DNA from: Octopus sinensis
Lineage: Eukaryota
Assembly: GCF_006345805.1 (NCBI RefSeq)
Contig: NC_043002.1
Coordinates: 68,634,001-68,698,000, forward strand
DNA: 64,000 nucleotides
Direction of reading: 5' to 3'
A program made the position numbers and the translations under genes. The notes beneath the pieces are model-generated. The model searched no databases. It had not been told where the DNA came from and saw only the letters and a program-made list of their open reading frames with translations. This document shows, in pieces, positions 39,041 to 52,574 of the stretch. Positions within the stretch are counted from its first letter, which is position 1. Each line of letters opens with the position of its first letter.

Positions 39041-39949
39041 TCAATATTTACACTGCATAATTAGTGTCTGTCTTACACTTATTTTCGGTTTCTTTATGCT
39101 CAATATCTTAACAGGTCTACGAAATAAGTGCATATCCTAGAATGATATGATCAATGAAATCCTCAAAAGTAGTACTCCAACATGGTTGCTGTCTAATGAC
39201 TGATACAAAGATTAGAAGAAGATCGTTGGTTCAATGTAAAAGATTATCAGAATTGATGGTAACAAGCGTGAAGATTGTGGTCTTGTTATTCATATCCTGC
39301 ATGAGTTTTTTTACATTCTGGGATGGGTAATAAAAAACAAAAATTGGATCAAGCAGTGAAGAAGGTGTGACTAGGCCATGAGATGCCAAACAGACTAATT
39401 GATTAAGGTAACAACAGTAGGGTGATTCACAACTTTATACTGAAAAACTGCCAAAACAGTCTGGGTGCAACAACTCTAGGATTCTCTGTTGTCCAGAAGA
39501 TATGCCTCTCACTAATTTAATGATATGTAATGTTGGATTAATTCCAAGTTAATATGGTTTAGAAATTGTTTTCTTGTTTTACATTATTTTTTTTGTTTTT
39601 TTTTCTTTTGCTGAATGGGGGTGTTTGAGCAATTATTTCAGTAACTAAATGGCATTATTGTTACTAACCAATAAATCAGCAAGCAAACATGTACCTTACC
39701 TTAAAAAAGGAAGAACACATTGAATAATTTAGTCAGAGATTTACAATGTCTTGATAAAAGACAAAATAGTCACAACTATAATAAATATAGCTGCTTTAGT
39801 TTTTTTTTCTTCTTATGTATAACATCAGCTCAGGCTTTATTGAGCAGATCTATGAGCATAGATGTAGTAGCTGTGACAATTTTGTACAGTGTGTCAAGAA
39901 CTCATCATCATCTTTTAATGTCTGCCTTCTATGTTGGTATGAGTCGAGG

Positions 39950-40290
39950 CTCAAGGGCCCAGTGGTTAGGGCAGTGGGCTCACGATCATAGGATCACAGT
40001 TTCGATTCCCAGATTGGGCATTGTGAGTGTTTATTGAGTGAAAGCACCAAAAGCTCCACGAGGCTCTGGCAGGGGGAGGTGGCAAACCCCACTGTATTTT
40101 TTCACCACAATTTTCTCTTTCATTCTGTTTCTATTGTATCTGTATTTCAAAAGGGCCAGCCTTGTTGCACTCCGTGTCATGGTGAATCTCCCCGAGAACT
40201 ACATTAAGGGTACACTTGTCTTTCAAGTGCTCAGCCTCTTGCATGTTAATTTCACGATGTTGGTATGGGTTGGACATTTTGACAGGAGCT
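39950..40290 (+). mobile_element. tRNA-derived SINE family C variant
   Basis: ggcccagtggttagggcagtgggctcacgatc...gtttcgattccc head. Confidence 0.65.
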
Positions 40291-41004
40291 TGCATCAGAC
40301 TTCTGTGTTTGTTTTTGCCTGGTTTTTACACAGTTGGATGCCCTTCACAACACCAAACACCCAGCAGAGTGATCAAATGTGTCTTTTTCCTAAAAGAGTA
40401 GGGTGTGATTTAAGTGCCCACACAAGAAGCTCTTTCATTGTCTCATGTACTAAGTGTTGAACAATGTGATCAATAGTCCAGCATCTTGATCTCCAGGCAT
40501 GAAATATTGAAATTAATAATAAATGTTTACACATTTTTGCTTAAGCTGTTGTCACAAAGACTATAACTCCAATAACAAATTGTTGAAAGATTCAGTTGTT
40601 ATACTCTAAAGCTTGTGAATAATGGTTGAAGATGTTCAAATTTTAGATTATTTCTCATTCTTTTTAATGTTTAATAAGACAAAATTTTCAAGTGTTCGAC
40701 ATATTTCAGCTGATAATGCTTACATCTGTTAAAATTTGAATGTTCTTCATGATATCACACCCACCAGCACCTATTTACTTGTTAGTGAATGAGAGCAGTT
40801 GAGAGTTAAAAGTCTTGACTACGGATACATAACATTAACTGAGATAGGTTATGAACCATTTACTTGTCAGCTAATAAATTGGTAGACTACAAGGAAACTA
40901 GTGAAGTTCTGCATTGGCAAAAAAATAATACAAATAGTTCAAACTGTGGAATAAATTTTATACTGTCAAGGGGAACATATGTCAAACATTTCATACACAA
41001 TTTA

Positions 41005-42077
41005 CAAGATTTCCCCTGACCCACTTCTCAAGTACTGGGATAAACAAAACTAGACATAATTATGTCCTCTACATAGCTACCACCAATGATGACACACTTC
41101 TCCGATGAGCTGTGAAGACCTCATCTGTAGAAGTCGGTAGGTTGTGTCTAGAGCCAAGACTTTACCTCAGAAATAAGTTCAACATCTGAAAAGTGCTTCC
41201 CCTTCAAAAAAGACTTCATGGTTGGAAAGAGGAGGAAGTCAGATGGTGCGAGGTTGGATGAGTAAAGATTTTATAGCCGCAGGAGTGCTTTCTACTGGGC
41301 AACTTGCACATTATGAACTGGAGTGTTGACTTGGAGGAGGCGGACTCTTTTAGTCAGCATGCCACACCTCTCTGCTTTGATGGCATCCTGTAATTTCCTC
41401 AGCAGAGAAGCATAATATACCCCATTAATTGTGGTGCCCTTTGCCAGAAAATCCATCATCACTACTCCGTTCTGTTCTCAAAAGACTGAACATCACTTCT
41501 TGTCTGCTGAGGGTTGGGAGCAACTGACTCATTCCTTCTTCTGAAAAGGTGTGAGCATCTGGGGTATCCATCGTGTAGACAATGTCTGCATGTGCAAATG
41601 GTCGTGAATGGCTTTTTTTCATGGACCCTACATTTATCTTCACTTTTGGGCTAGTTGCCAAATAATTATGTAGCAATCCTCCAAAATAGTAGCTTCCCCT
41701 TTATGGATGGTGTTGTCATCAATGACAGAATGTGAGTGTCCAAGAATAGGAGCAATTTCCATCGATGTCCAACCACATTTGAACTGGCTATGCCAGTGCT
41801 TGACTACATCGTCACTGTAAACTTCTTTTATCTCATCGAAAGTCTCTTCTGGTGTATGCTCTTTCAAGTATAAGAACCTGACCACTGATCTGCATTCAAC
41901 TGCTTCCATTATAACACCTTAGTCTACTTTAGCAGCCGTAAAAGATAAACGAATACTAGTGGAAAGCTACAATTTACAATGTGACATGTAGAGACGTGTA
42001 TGATTTTTACCTGTATAAGTTCTCTTTCCTGCAATAACTGGAAGTGGGTCAGGGGAAACTTTAATGAACACCCCTTG
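41005..42077 (-). mobile_element. Mariner (DD34D-type) transposon relic
   Basis: TA-flanked TIRs sharing ttcccctgacccacttc (left copy partly deleted); HTH MEAVECRSVVRFLYLKEHTP and C-terminal YSSNLAPSDFLLFP. Confidence 0.85.
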
Positions 42078-42799
42078 TATTAGATCACCTATAATCTAAC
42101 AATATCCATGGGTGAAGTAGCTTGCCTAATTGATTGAGTGCTGTTCTGTTGGTTGAAGAATATCAACAACTGTTGTTTTGCTGGCAAAGATACTGAAAAA
42201 TACATCTACCACTGATTAAGTCAAAGAAGCAGGCTTGTATGTAGACATTCGTCCTGCTAGAAATAGCACAAATTTCTGAAAATCCCAGACTACTATCATC
42301 AAAAAGAAAATGAACCACATTGGACAATAAACTCCTAAATGCAATGTCTGAATTAAAAATGGGATGGTCATGGCTGGAAAGCTTTTGGTCATAGGTCTTT
42401 TCAGTCAGAGCTGACATGGGTCAAACAACAGTTCACTGATATAGCCCCACAATTAAAATAAAGCAACTGTTCCTGTATGCTGGGGGTTATCTTGAAAGCT
42501 GGCACCTAGGTCTAGTTTCATATCATTAAGTTGATGAGAGATACAACTCTCTCTGGATAGGATACCAGTCTACAACATGTAACTTAGCCTTGTGGTTAGG
42601 TACTTCCTCCTAACAGCAAAAGGAACTGAGACAATGGAGAATAAAATGTGTTCCTCTGATGCCCTAAGTATGTCCTTATTTTGATTAATGGCTAATCCAA
42701 CGCTGCCTATAATGTTCAAATTATATAATGATGCTGAAAAAAAAGAAAATTATTTGTAAGTAAAAAGTATGCAATAATGTTTGCATGTAATAAGTGCTC

Positions 42800-43110
42800 T
42801 GTGAAGGCACATGGCTCAGTGGTTATGGTATTCAGCTCACAATTGCAAGGTTGTGAGTTCAATTCCCAGCGATGTATTGTGTCCTTGAGCAAGGTGCTTT
42901 ATTTCACACTGCTCCAGTCCACTCAGCTGGAAAAAATAAGTAGCACCTGTAATTCAAAGTGACCAGCCTTGTCACATTCTGTGCCATGCTGAATCTCCTT
43001 GAGAACTACACGTGTCTGTGGAGTCCTCAGCCACTTGCATGTTAATTTCATGAGTAGGCTGTTCTGTTGATTGGATCAATTGGAATCCATGTCATCGTAA
43101 CTGACAGAGT
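42800..43110 (+). mobile_element. tRNA-derived SINE family C, older copy
   Basis: gaaggcacatggctcagtggttatgg...gagttcaattccc...tgtccttgagcaaggtgctttatttcac matches the 25742 head with CpG decay. Confidence 0.75.
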
Positions 43111-43468
43111 GCCAGTACAATAGTGCTGTTTAAACATAGGGAATTCTTAGACAACATCCAAGTTTTCAATTTTGTAGTTTTCTTCCCATAAGATTGTAGT
43201 TTTTGAAGTGCCTAAAATAATATTTCAGTTGTTTCAGTCATTGGTCTGTGGCCATACTGGAGTTCCACCTTGATGAGTTTTAGTTGCACAAATTGATCCT
43301 CATACTTACATTTTTTTAAAGACTAGCATTAGTTCTGTTGGTTTCCTTTGCTGAACCACTAAACTATGGAGATAAACACTGGTTGTCAAGAGGTTATGGT
43401 GGCAGGTGGTGGTGGGGACAGTGTCAAACTCAGACACAAAGACACACACAAGTACACACACACACACA

Positions 43469-44315
43469 CAAGGTGCAATCAATAAATTGTCATCTAAAGT
43501 ACGCAAATGATGAAAATAACGTTGAGATCTTATTTTAACAAAATTACATAAAAATATCTTGAAACACTAAAGAGTAAATTTATTCAATAAAATCGCCATT
43601 GGCTTCAACCATGGCCTCCCTCCAGACAACTTTGGAATCTCCTGCAACTCTTCTGGACAGTCTCCTTGTTTAATCCTTGCCTTCAGTTCATCTTAGGTGT
43701 TACTAGGAGTTTTGTTGGTCTCTCATACAACTGCACCCCACATATAATAATCAAAGGGGTTGCAGGCTGGGGAGTTAGGTGACCAGATGTTAGGGGTGAT
43801 GTGATTGCAGGAATTGTCTGACAGCCATGACTGGGTTCTCCTGCTTGTGTGGCATGGTGCAGAGTCCTGTTACCAGACATAAGGTCTTCCAGCAGTCACC
43901 CTCTTGACCAAGGGCAGCACAACCTCCTCCAGGCTCTTGATGTAGGCCTCCATGTTAAGTCTGAGGCTATGTGGGATGATGAAGGAAGGTATAACATAGC
44001 CATCACTAATGATCACTCCAAACAGCGTGATGCTGACTGGATGTTTGATTTTTATCCCTCTCAGTACATGTCCTCAGATCAACACTCAAACATTCTGAAA
44101 TGTTCGTAGTGGAAATTCTGGCATGAATGCCAAGCAGTACAGCATGTTGTATCTAAATTTCTGGCAGAGTGAATTGTGTTATGGAGCTGTTTTTCTCACA
44201 GACAGTGCCCAACTGACCCTACTATACTGTGTAGTTGACAAAATCAAAAACAAACAATGCACATGCACGAAATAAAAAATATAAAATGGTGACAATTTAC
44301 CCATTGCACCCACTA
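43469..44315 (-). mobile_element. Second copy of the maT/DD37D-like Tc1/mariner element
   Basis: Reverse complement of the 14450 element, including the WSPNSP.CNPFDYY region and degenerate TIRs. Confidence 0.8.
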
Positions 44316-45494
44316 TACACACACACACACACACACTTATGTGCATATGTTTGTGTGTCTGTGTTTGTCCCCTCACCATCACTTGACAACCGATGTTGGT
44401 GTGTTTACGTCCCCGTAACTTACCGGTTCAGCAAATAGAGACCAATAGAATAAGTACTAGGCTTACGAAGAATAAGTCCTGGGGTCGATTTACTCGACTA
44501 AAGGCGCTGCTCCAGCATGGCCGCAGTCAAATGACTGAAACAATTAAAAGAGTAAAAAAGGAAAAGTATATTATATATATTAAATATATATATATATATA
44601 TATTTGTGTGTGTGTATGTGTGCATGTATACTCAACCATATTCCACATAGTTTCTGTCTTACAAATTCTGTCATAAACCATTGGCTGGCCCAGAGTTGTA
44701 GTAGAAGACACTTACCCAAGGTACCATGCCATGGGACTGAACCAGAAACCAGATAGCTGCAAAGTGAACTTCATAACCACACAGCCATGCCTGCGCCTTC
44801 ATGGCCATACTTTTATCTACACAGCCTTGTCTGCTAATTCCATTTTAAAACATTGTACCTAGTACTGTATTAGCCAGCCTGTCCTTCCATTTGTGTGAGA
44901 GTAGGATATAATTTTCAGAAGACTTAATTACTATTTCTTGCAGGTTGAATGAATGATCTATAGACTTGCTCCACGTGTGGTTTAAGTGTTATAGGTGGGA
45001 AAAAAATCCATAAGATTCCTCCACCCACAGCTACAAAGCGTTGCAGTACATATCACTGATTTTGTGTGCTAGTTATTAACCTATAAAATATTCAGTACAA
45101 AAGAAAAAAAGATTATTCGGTTCTAGTACAAATCTTCTAAGTATCCACATGTAGAAAACCTGTTCTAAATTTACATACAATTTACATTCTGCATCATATG
45201 ATACCTGGATGTACAAACTGGGAGTAGGTGGAGGATAAGAAACATATGTGAAAATTTATAAGTGCATATGTATAAACATATGTAACCATATACACAGCTG
45301 AGAGTTTTTACACAAACACACACACTCTCTCACACACATGTATACACATATATGCATACACACACGCACATTATGTAGGAGGTTACAATAACGGCATTTT
45401 GATTGAATTTATATATTAAGTTATAAGTTTCAAAGTAGCTTACTTCTTTTGCACCCATCAATGAAGAAAATATAGCATATATATGATATCATCA

Positions 45495-45754
45495 TCATCA
45501 TCATAGTTTAACGTTCACTTTCCATGTTGGCAGGGGTTGGACGGTTTGACTGAGGGCTGGCAAGCCAGAAGGCTGCACCAGGCTCCTATCTGATCTGGCA
45601 ATGTTTCTACAGCTGGATGTCCTCCCTAATGCCAACTACTCCGAGAGTGTAGTATATATATACACACACACACACATACATATACGTATGTATACGTACA
45701 TATATATATATATATACATACATACATATATATGTGTGTGTGTGTATATCATCG

Positions 45755-45786
<32 letters not shown>

Positions 45787-46010
45787 GTTTAATGTCCGTT
45801 TTCCCCGCTAGCACGGGTTGGGCGGTTTGACCGGGGTCTGGGAAGCCAGAGGCCGCTCCAGGCTCCAGTCTGATCTGGCAGAGTTTCTACGGCTGGATGC
45901 CCTTCCTAACGCCAACCACTCCGCGAGTGGAGTGGGTGCTTTTTACGTGCCACCTGCACAGGGGCCGGGGGGTCCGGCATCGGTCACGATCGGTTCGGTA
46001 TTGGTGGTGG
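45495..46010 (-). mobile_element. Two RTE-tail elements separated by a TA/CA microsatellite
   Basis: catcatcat..tttaa..tcc...ctggatgcccttcctaacgccaaccactcc present twice. Confidence 0.75.
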
Positions 46011-46199
46011 GGGTGGGAGGGCGGGGGCACCGCCGAACGGCGGAAAGATGGAATTAATGATTGAACATTAAAGGGTTAAATTTCGTAGAGAAAGATAGGA
46101 AAAACAAAGCAAGTTACTGTATGAGTACAGACATTTAACAATAGTAACGAATGAGCACGAATGAGGTACGAAAGATAATGAGATAAAAATGTCTTTGTA

Positions 46200-47035
46200 A
46201 CTTGCTGTGAACATGAAGGCCGATTCTTTGTAAGCCTGGTACTTATTCTATCAGTCCCTTTTTGCCAATCCGCTAAGTTACGGGGACATGAACACACCAA
46301 CATCAGTTGTCAAGTGATGGCAGGGGACAAACACAGGCACACAAACAAACGCACACACACAAACACACACACACACACACACGACGGGCTTATTTCAGTT
46401 TCCGGCTACCAAATCCACTCACAAGGCTTTGGTTAGCCCGAGGCTATAGTTAATAATAATAATAATAATGAAATTATTGTATACAATGCTCAGGTGCACC
46501 ACAACTTGTCAGAAAGTGCATATAAAGTACATGCAGTAATGTACAAATGTCTGGAAAGCTTGTGTGTATATGGAGGGGAGAAAATCAGGTGTAGTGTTGG
46601 CGAATCTCAGAAAGCATGGAAGTTTTGAAGGATGCAGTGCTCCGACAACTAACAACTGATGCCGGCAGTTTGTTCCATGCTTCAGCAACTCTCAGTGAAA
46701 AAATGTTTCCTGAAGTCATGGGAGCTGTGCTATTTTCTGACTTTGTAAATATGTCCACGGGTGTTAGATGGGTAGAGTTTGAAAAGGTGCTCAGAGTTAT
46801 TGTTTGTACGATGGTTGATAATTTTATGGGTGTCTGCCAAGTCAGCTGCCAGACGTCGGAGTTTCAATGTGTGCATGCCCAGGGAAGTAAGGCGTTCAGG
46901 ATATGGCAAATGCCTGATGGAGGGTATTCTTTTGGTTGCACATCGCTGAACGGCTTCCAGACGATTGATATCCAAGTTGAAGACACTTGCCCAAGTTGCC
47001 ATGCAGTGGGACTGAACCCGGAACCATGTGGTGAT
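46200..47035 (-). mobile_element. SINE family A split by a CR1 insertion
   Basis: ...gaggctatagt at 46450 resumes as gaagacacttgccc at 46979. Confidence 0.8.
46451..46978 (-). mobile_element. CR1 LINE 3' end with (ATT)n tail
   Basis: DINRLEAVQRCATKRIPSIRHLPYPERL...RRL..DL...KI...TRGH..K...WNKLP. Confidence 0.9.
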
Positions 47036-47339
47036 GATTTTACAAAAGAAGTTGCAACAATCAAACAACTGATAGTATTTTGAGACTGATTGACCCAATG
47101 GTGTTGTTGATTATTGTATATAGGTGGCTTATGGGTGATTGTGCATAAGTGCAGGGCTGGATTTAGACTCATAGAAGCCCTAAGCACTTAAAAGATTTTG
47201 GTCCCCCACCCCGATATATATCTGTAATTCAAAACGTAAACAGTAATAAACCGCGAAATAAACTTTTGTTTTTCAAAATGAAACAAAATGAACAGTATGA
47301 TGGAAAATAATGTTTATTTTTGTGTACTTCACTTTGTTT

Positions 47340-47572
47340 ATATTTACTCTTTTATTTGTTTTAGTCATTTGACTATGGCCATGCAGGAGCACTGCCTTTA
47401 GCTGAGCAAATCAACCCCAGGACTTATTCTTTGTAAGCCTAGTACTTATTCTATTGGTCTCTTTTGCCAAACCACTAAGTTACAGGGACGTAACACACCA
47501 GCATCGGTTGTCAAGCAATGTTGGGGAGGACAAACACAAACACATAAACACAGACACACACACACACATACA

Positions 47573-47609
<37 letters not shown>

Positions 47610-47800
47610 GTATATATACACACATATGCATATATACGATGAGCTTCTTTCAGTTTCCGTCTTCCAAATCCACTCACAAGGCTTTGGTCGACCTGAGGCC
47701 ATTGTAGAAGACACTTATCCAAGGTGCTATGCATTGGGAATGAACCCGGAACCATGTGGTTGGTAAGCAAGCTACTTGCCACACAGCCAATCTTGCGCCT
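47340..47800 (-). mobile_element. Full-length SINE family A
   Basis: Tail, internal TA/CA microsatellite and tRNA-like head all present. Confidence 0.8.
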
Positions 47801-48001
47801 TTGAAAAGTTTTCACCTACTTTTTTTTTTATCAGATCCTCACCATGAACACTTCAAAATTATATTTCTGATCATATAAACCACTTTGAATTTTATTTTAG
47901 AAAGTTTAAAGTGATTTCTTTTGTGCTGTAAACCATCTACCATTTACCCCATTTACCCCTGCTTTCCCTTGATGTCCTAAACACATGCATATTTTGCTTA
48001 A

Positions 48002-48222
48002 CCCTTTCGTTACCAACCTGGCTGAAACCAGCTCTGGCTCTGAGTATAAATGTCTTGTTTTCAAAAGTTCTAAATTAAAATCTTCCACCAAGCCTTAGCC
48101 ACAATTTATGTTCCTAACACTAGCTGAATGATAACTATGTTATTTTACTAAATTCTTTGTTATATTTAAAATTTATTGAAAGAAACACAGAGCATCTCCA
48201 AATAAATACAATAACGAAAGGG
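48002..48222. mobile_element. piggyBac-type MITE
   Basis: TTAA|ccctttcgtta ... taacgaaaggg|TTAA: perfect 11-bp TIRs with TTAA TSD. Confidence 0.85.
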
Positions 48223-48507
48223 TTAATGATTAATCCAGCACTGCATGAGTGACAGGAGCTGTGAGTGTTGGTTAGAATGTGCTACTGCTATAAATTATAC
48301 CCTTTGCATGTGGATTTTCATTTTAAGTATACTTGTTTCATATCATTAGTAGGTTGCGGGTGGTGGGCTCTGTGCCACCTGTGATAAAGTATGTGAAATG
48401 TGTTGTTTTGTGGAATGAAATGGTTGGGCACAGCCTATTGGGATGCTGATGGTTTGATGCGGTTGACTGGACATTCAACCTGTTTTGATTTATTTTTGGC
48501 ATTGGAG

Positions 48508-48509
<2 letters not shown>

Positions 48510-48586
<77 letters not shown>

Positions 48587-48960
48587 AACACACACACACA
48601 GACAAACACAGACACACAAACACACACACACAAACACAAACACACAAACACAAACACACACACACACACACACACACAAAGACTCAAACACAAACACAGA
48701 CACAAACACACACAAACATACACACACATGCACACTTGCATGTGTATGTAGAAACATATACATACATACATACAGAAAGAATGAGAGTGGGAGAGAGGAG
48801 AGAGGAGAGAGAGAGAGAGAAAAAGGGTAGAGAGGGGAAAGTAGGAAAGAGACATGGCGAGAAGATGGGAAAAAAGGGGGAAAGACAGAGAAGGAGAGAG
48901 AGAGAGAGAGGAGAGGGAGAGAAAGAGCGGGGGGGGGAAAAGAAGGAGGGAGAGAGGCAT
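48510..48960. repeat. Long (CA)n then GA-rich simple repeat
   Basis: Direct inspection; explains the 160-230-aa VC/HT-rich ORFs. Confidence 0.95.
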
Positions 48961-49329
48961 TATGATTATAATTGAACACAATCGACATAAACACTTTCCT
49001 CATACAAATGTGCTCAAACACATAAACAGAGAGCGGGGGGGGGAGTGGAAAGGGAGGGAGGAAGGGAACAAGAGAAATATTAAAAAAGAACCGTCAAAAT
49101 GTGTGCTGTCAAATAAGTCAACGATGAATCAGTGACACCAAATACAGGACGCAAAGTGGCGATGCCAAAACGTCACATACGTGCGTGCGGTTTCATATTC
49201 CATGTTGTTTATTATGGTTTGTTGCAAAGTGATCTGAGTTGGGGTACAAGCAAAACAGGAGTCACTCGTGGTAGTTCGTTTGTCTTCCTGTTGGTCAAAT
49301 GCAATGGCTGCAAGTGCTCTGTAGTCTCT

Positions 49330-49479
49330 AATTGATTGCTAAACCTTTGCAAGGCTGAAGGAATCGATGAAGAAATGAAAGGAAACCTGTGAGCCGGAGA
49401 TTGTTAACATGTTGATGGCTGAATCTGGGATAATCAGTTGAATGGCCTTGCATGCATTCCAGGATATTTCTGTGTGTGT

Positions 49480-49519
<40 letters not shown>

Positions 49520-50960
49520 ATATGTGCATGCACATGTGTGTGTATGCAAGTGTGTGTTGGCATGCATGTGAATGTGTTTAAGTGAGTGTGTGTGTGTGCA
49601 TGAACGCAAGTCTGTGCATGTGTATGTGTGCATGCATCTGAGTATGCATGCATGTGAGTGTACATGCATGTGAGTGTGCATTGTATGCATGCATATGAGT
49701 GTATGCATGTGTATGTGTGCATGCATCTATGTCTATGTGTGTGTGTGTATGTTAAAAGTACATTGGAATACTTTTAACATGTATTAGAGGGTGCTGCTGC
49801 AACACACATACACATACAAGTATTACATACATACACACTCTTCTCTTTCTCACACACATGTATACATACACGTGCATATGCACACACATATACACACACA
49901 TGCTCATACACTCGAGCACACATACACATGCACACACTCACACTCTCTCTTACATGCATACACACACACATAATCGCTCACACACATACACACACACAAA
50001 CTCTCTCTCCTCATGCACACACACAGCGGCTTATATTACAACACAGACTGCAACACATACACACACATGTACACACAGACTCACACAACACAGCACACAC
50101 ACCAATACAACACAGCACACACACCAATACAACACAGCACACACACATGTACACACACACACATGTGCACACACACATATGTACATACAGACACACACAC
50201 CAATACAACACAGCACACACACAACACAGCACTCATGCACACAACACAGCAAACATACACACACCCACACATGTGCATGCACACACACACACACACATAC
50301 AGACACATGCATGTTTACACACACACACACTCACACTCTCTCTTACATGCACACACATATACACACACAGACTCTCTCTCCTCATGCACACATACAGAGG
50401 ATTATATTGCAACACAAGCTGCAACACATACACACACATGTACACGCACACACACACAACACAGCACACACACCAATACAACACAGCACATGCACACAAC
50501 ACAGCACTCACATGCACAACACAGCACACTTACACACACCCACACGTGCATGCACACACACACACATACTTGCATGTATACACACAAACACACTCACACA
50601 CACTCAGAAATATCCTTCAATTCCTACAAGGCCATTCAACTGATTATCCCTAATTCAATCATTAACAAGCCACAACTTCTAGCTTACAGGTTCTCTCTCT
50701 CTCTTTTTCTCCATCCATTGCTACTACAACAGACTATATACACATTTCTCATAATCCATTTCTAATTTGCATTCTCTTCAGAGCCGCGAGCAGTTATCTG
50801 TCTACCCTTGCCATCTTCTAAACCAGCATGAAACATTTCCACCGGACATTCTTCCTGTAAAATGATACATACTGGAATCCTCTCCCTTCCTCGCACTTTT
50901 CCTGCAAATATTCGTTTACAGACGTTCAAGCGATGTAGTTACTGCATCAATTGATCCAGT
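49330..50960. repeat. Old imperfect inverted duplication of a (CA-rich tract + CR1 3' fragment) unit
   Basis: 49380-49470 is the reverse complement of 50600-50700 (roughly three-quarters identical by eye); central 12-bp hairpin at 49749-49780; CR1 C-terminus continues to ~50960. Confidence 0.7.
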
Positions 50961-51159
50961 CCAGTAGGACTAGAAAACCACGGGCAATGACCCTCCTTCT
51001 CTAAAATTAGTCATGGTTATTCTTACTCTTTTGTTGCGGGCTTGAAGGAAGGAGGTGAGTGTTTTGCGGATGACAAGAAAAGGACACCATACTACACTGG
51101 TTGCCAAATTGCTGATTGCTTAAATTCTTTGCTATGTATATGTATGTGTGTATATATAT

Positions 51160-51345
51160 ACAGGTGCAGGAGTGGCTGTGTGGTAAGTAGCTTGCTTACC
51201 AACCACATGGTTCTGGGTTCAGTCCCACTGTGTGGCACCTTGGGCAAGTGTCTTCTACTAAAGCCTAGGGCTAACAAAAGCCTTGTGAGTGGATTTGGTA
51301 GACAGAAACTGAAAGAAGTCTGTCATTTATATACATATATATATA
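51160..51345 (+). mobile_element. 5' half of SINE family A, interrupted at its TA microsatellite
   Basis: ggtgcaggagtggctgtgtggtaagtagc...gaaactgaaagaagtc followed by a TA tract. Confidence 0.8.
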
Positions 51346-51546
51346 CATATATATACTACAAAAATTAGAGAATGGAGAAATATACTTAAATCAGTAAAAC
51401 ATCAACTATCCGATGATACTCAATCCATACTTTAATACACCATTACATATGAGTAAAGGCAATACATAAAATGAAATGAGATATACAGTAATAGTAACAA
51501 GATAAAGAGATATAAGTAAAAAATTTTCAAATATAATATGCAAATA

Positions 51547-51670
51547 AATCAAAACTGACAGCTGTTTCGGCAGTGAGGACAGTCATACCTCATTTAACCT
51601 ATAAGCCATAAAGGCAGGTATAAATGAGGCATTAACAAGGATGCCCCACGGCCTCTTCAGAGAATTAAAT
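51547..51670 (-). ncRNA. Type I hammerhead ribozyme (left arm)
   Basis: Exact reverse complement of the 52451-52574 motif; predicted cleavage after the C at 51557. Confidence 0.75.
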
Positions 51671-52003
51671 TAAATTTGTTATAATAGTGAAAAATATTAT
51701 ACAATCATATACATATAAATATAAAAATATAAAAATGTAAAATATAAAAACTTATACATCATAAAGCTACACTTATATAATATAATACACATTTGTACAA
51801 AAAAGGAAGGTAAACAAACAAATAAAACAAAATATATAATAGTGTATATATTAATATCAATAAGTACCGATATTATACATATTTGGCTAATAGTTTTTAT
51901 ATATATAAAAAAAAGGCTAACATATATGGAGATGAAAAATAATAATTAAATCCGTGGTACAGTTCATAAGATTCTAAAGCTATAAAAGTTAATAAAAATT
52001 ACT

Positions 52004-52038
<35 letters not shown>

Positions 52039-52074
52039 TATAATAAAACTTAACTGTATCTATTTTTTATTATA

Positions 52075-52115
<41 letters not shown>

Positions 52116-52450
52116 AGTAATTTTTATTAACTTTTATAGCTTTAGAATCTTATGAACTGTACCACGGATTTAATTATTATTTTTCATCTCCATATATGTT
52201 AGCCTTTTTTTTATATATATAAAAACTATTAGCCAAATATGTATAATATCAGTACTTATTGATATTAATATATACACTATTATATATTTTGTTTTATTTT
52301 GTTTTGTTTACCTTCCTTTTTTGTACAAATGTGTATTATATTATATAAGTGTAGCTTTATGATGTATAAGTTTTTATATTTTACATTTTTATATTTTTAT
52401 ATTTATATGTATATGATTGTATAATATTTTTCACTATTATAACAAATTTA

Positions 52451-52574
52451 ATTTAATTCTCTGAAGAGGCCGTGGGGCATCCTTGTTAATGCCTCATTTA
52501 TACCTGCCTTTATGGCTTATAGGTTAAATGAGGTATGACTGTCCTCACTGCCGAAACAGCTGTCAGTTTTGATT
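52451..52574 (+). ncRNA. Type I hammerhead ribozyme with extended helix II (right arm)
   Basis: CUGAAGA 52461-67; GGC/GCC closing helix II; GAAA 52553-56; C-AGCU-G minimal helix III; GUC cleavage triplet 52562-64. Confidence 0.75.

Noticed and set aside
48338-50765. Long ORFs (160-260 aa) rich in VC/HT/TH
   Set aside because: Translations of CA/TG microsatellites, which lack stop codons; no coding complexity. The same applies at 13221-13773, 57974-58291 and many 60-100-aa ORFs.
700-50790. Other CUGANGA occurrences (e.g. ~702, ~17346, ~25580, ~50775)
   Set aside because: No helix II followed by GAAA and a cleavage triplet.
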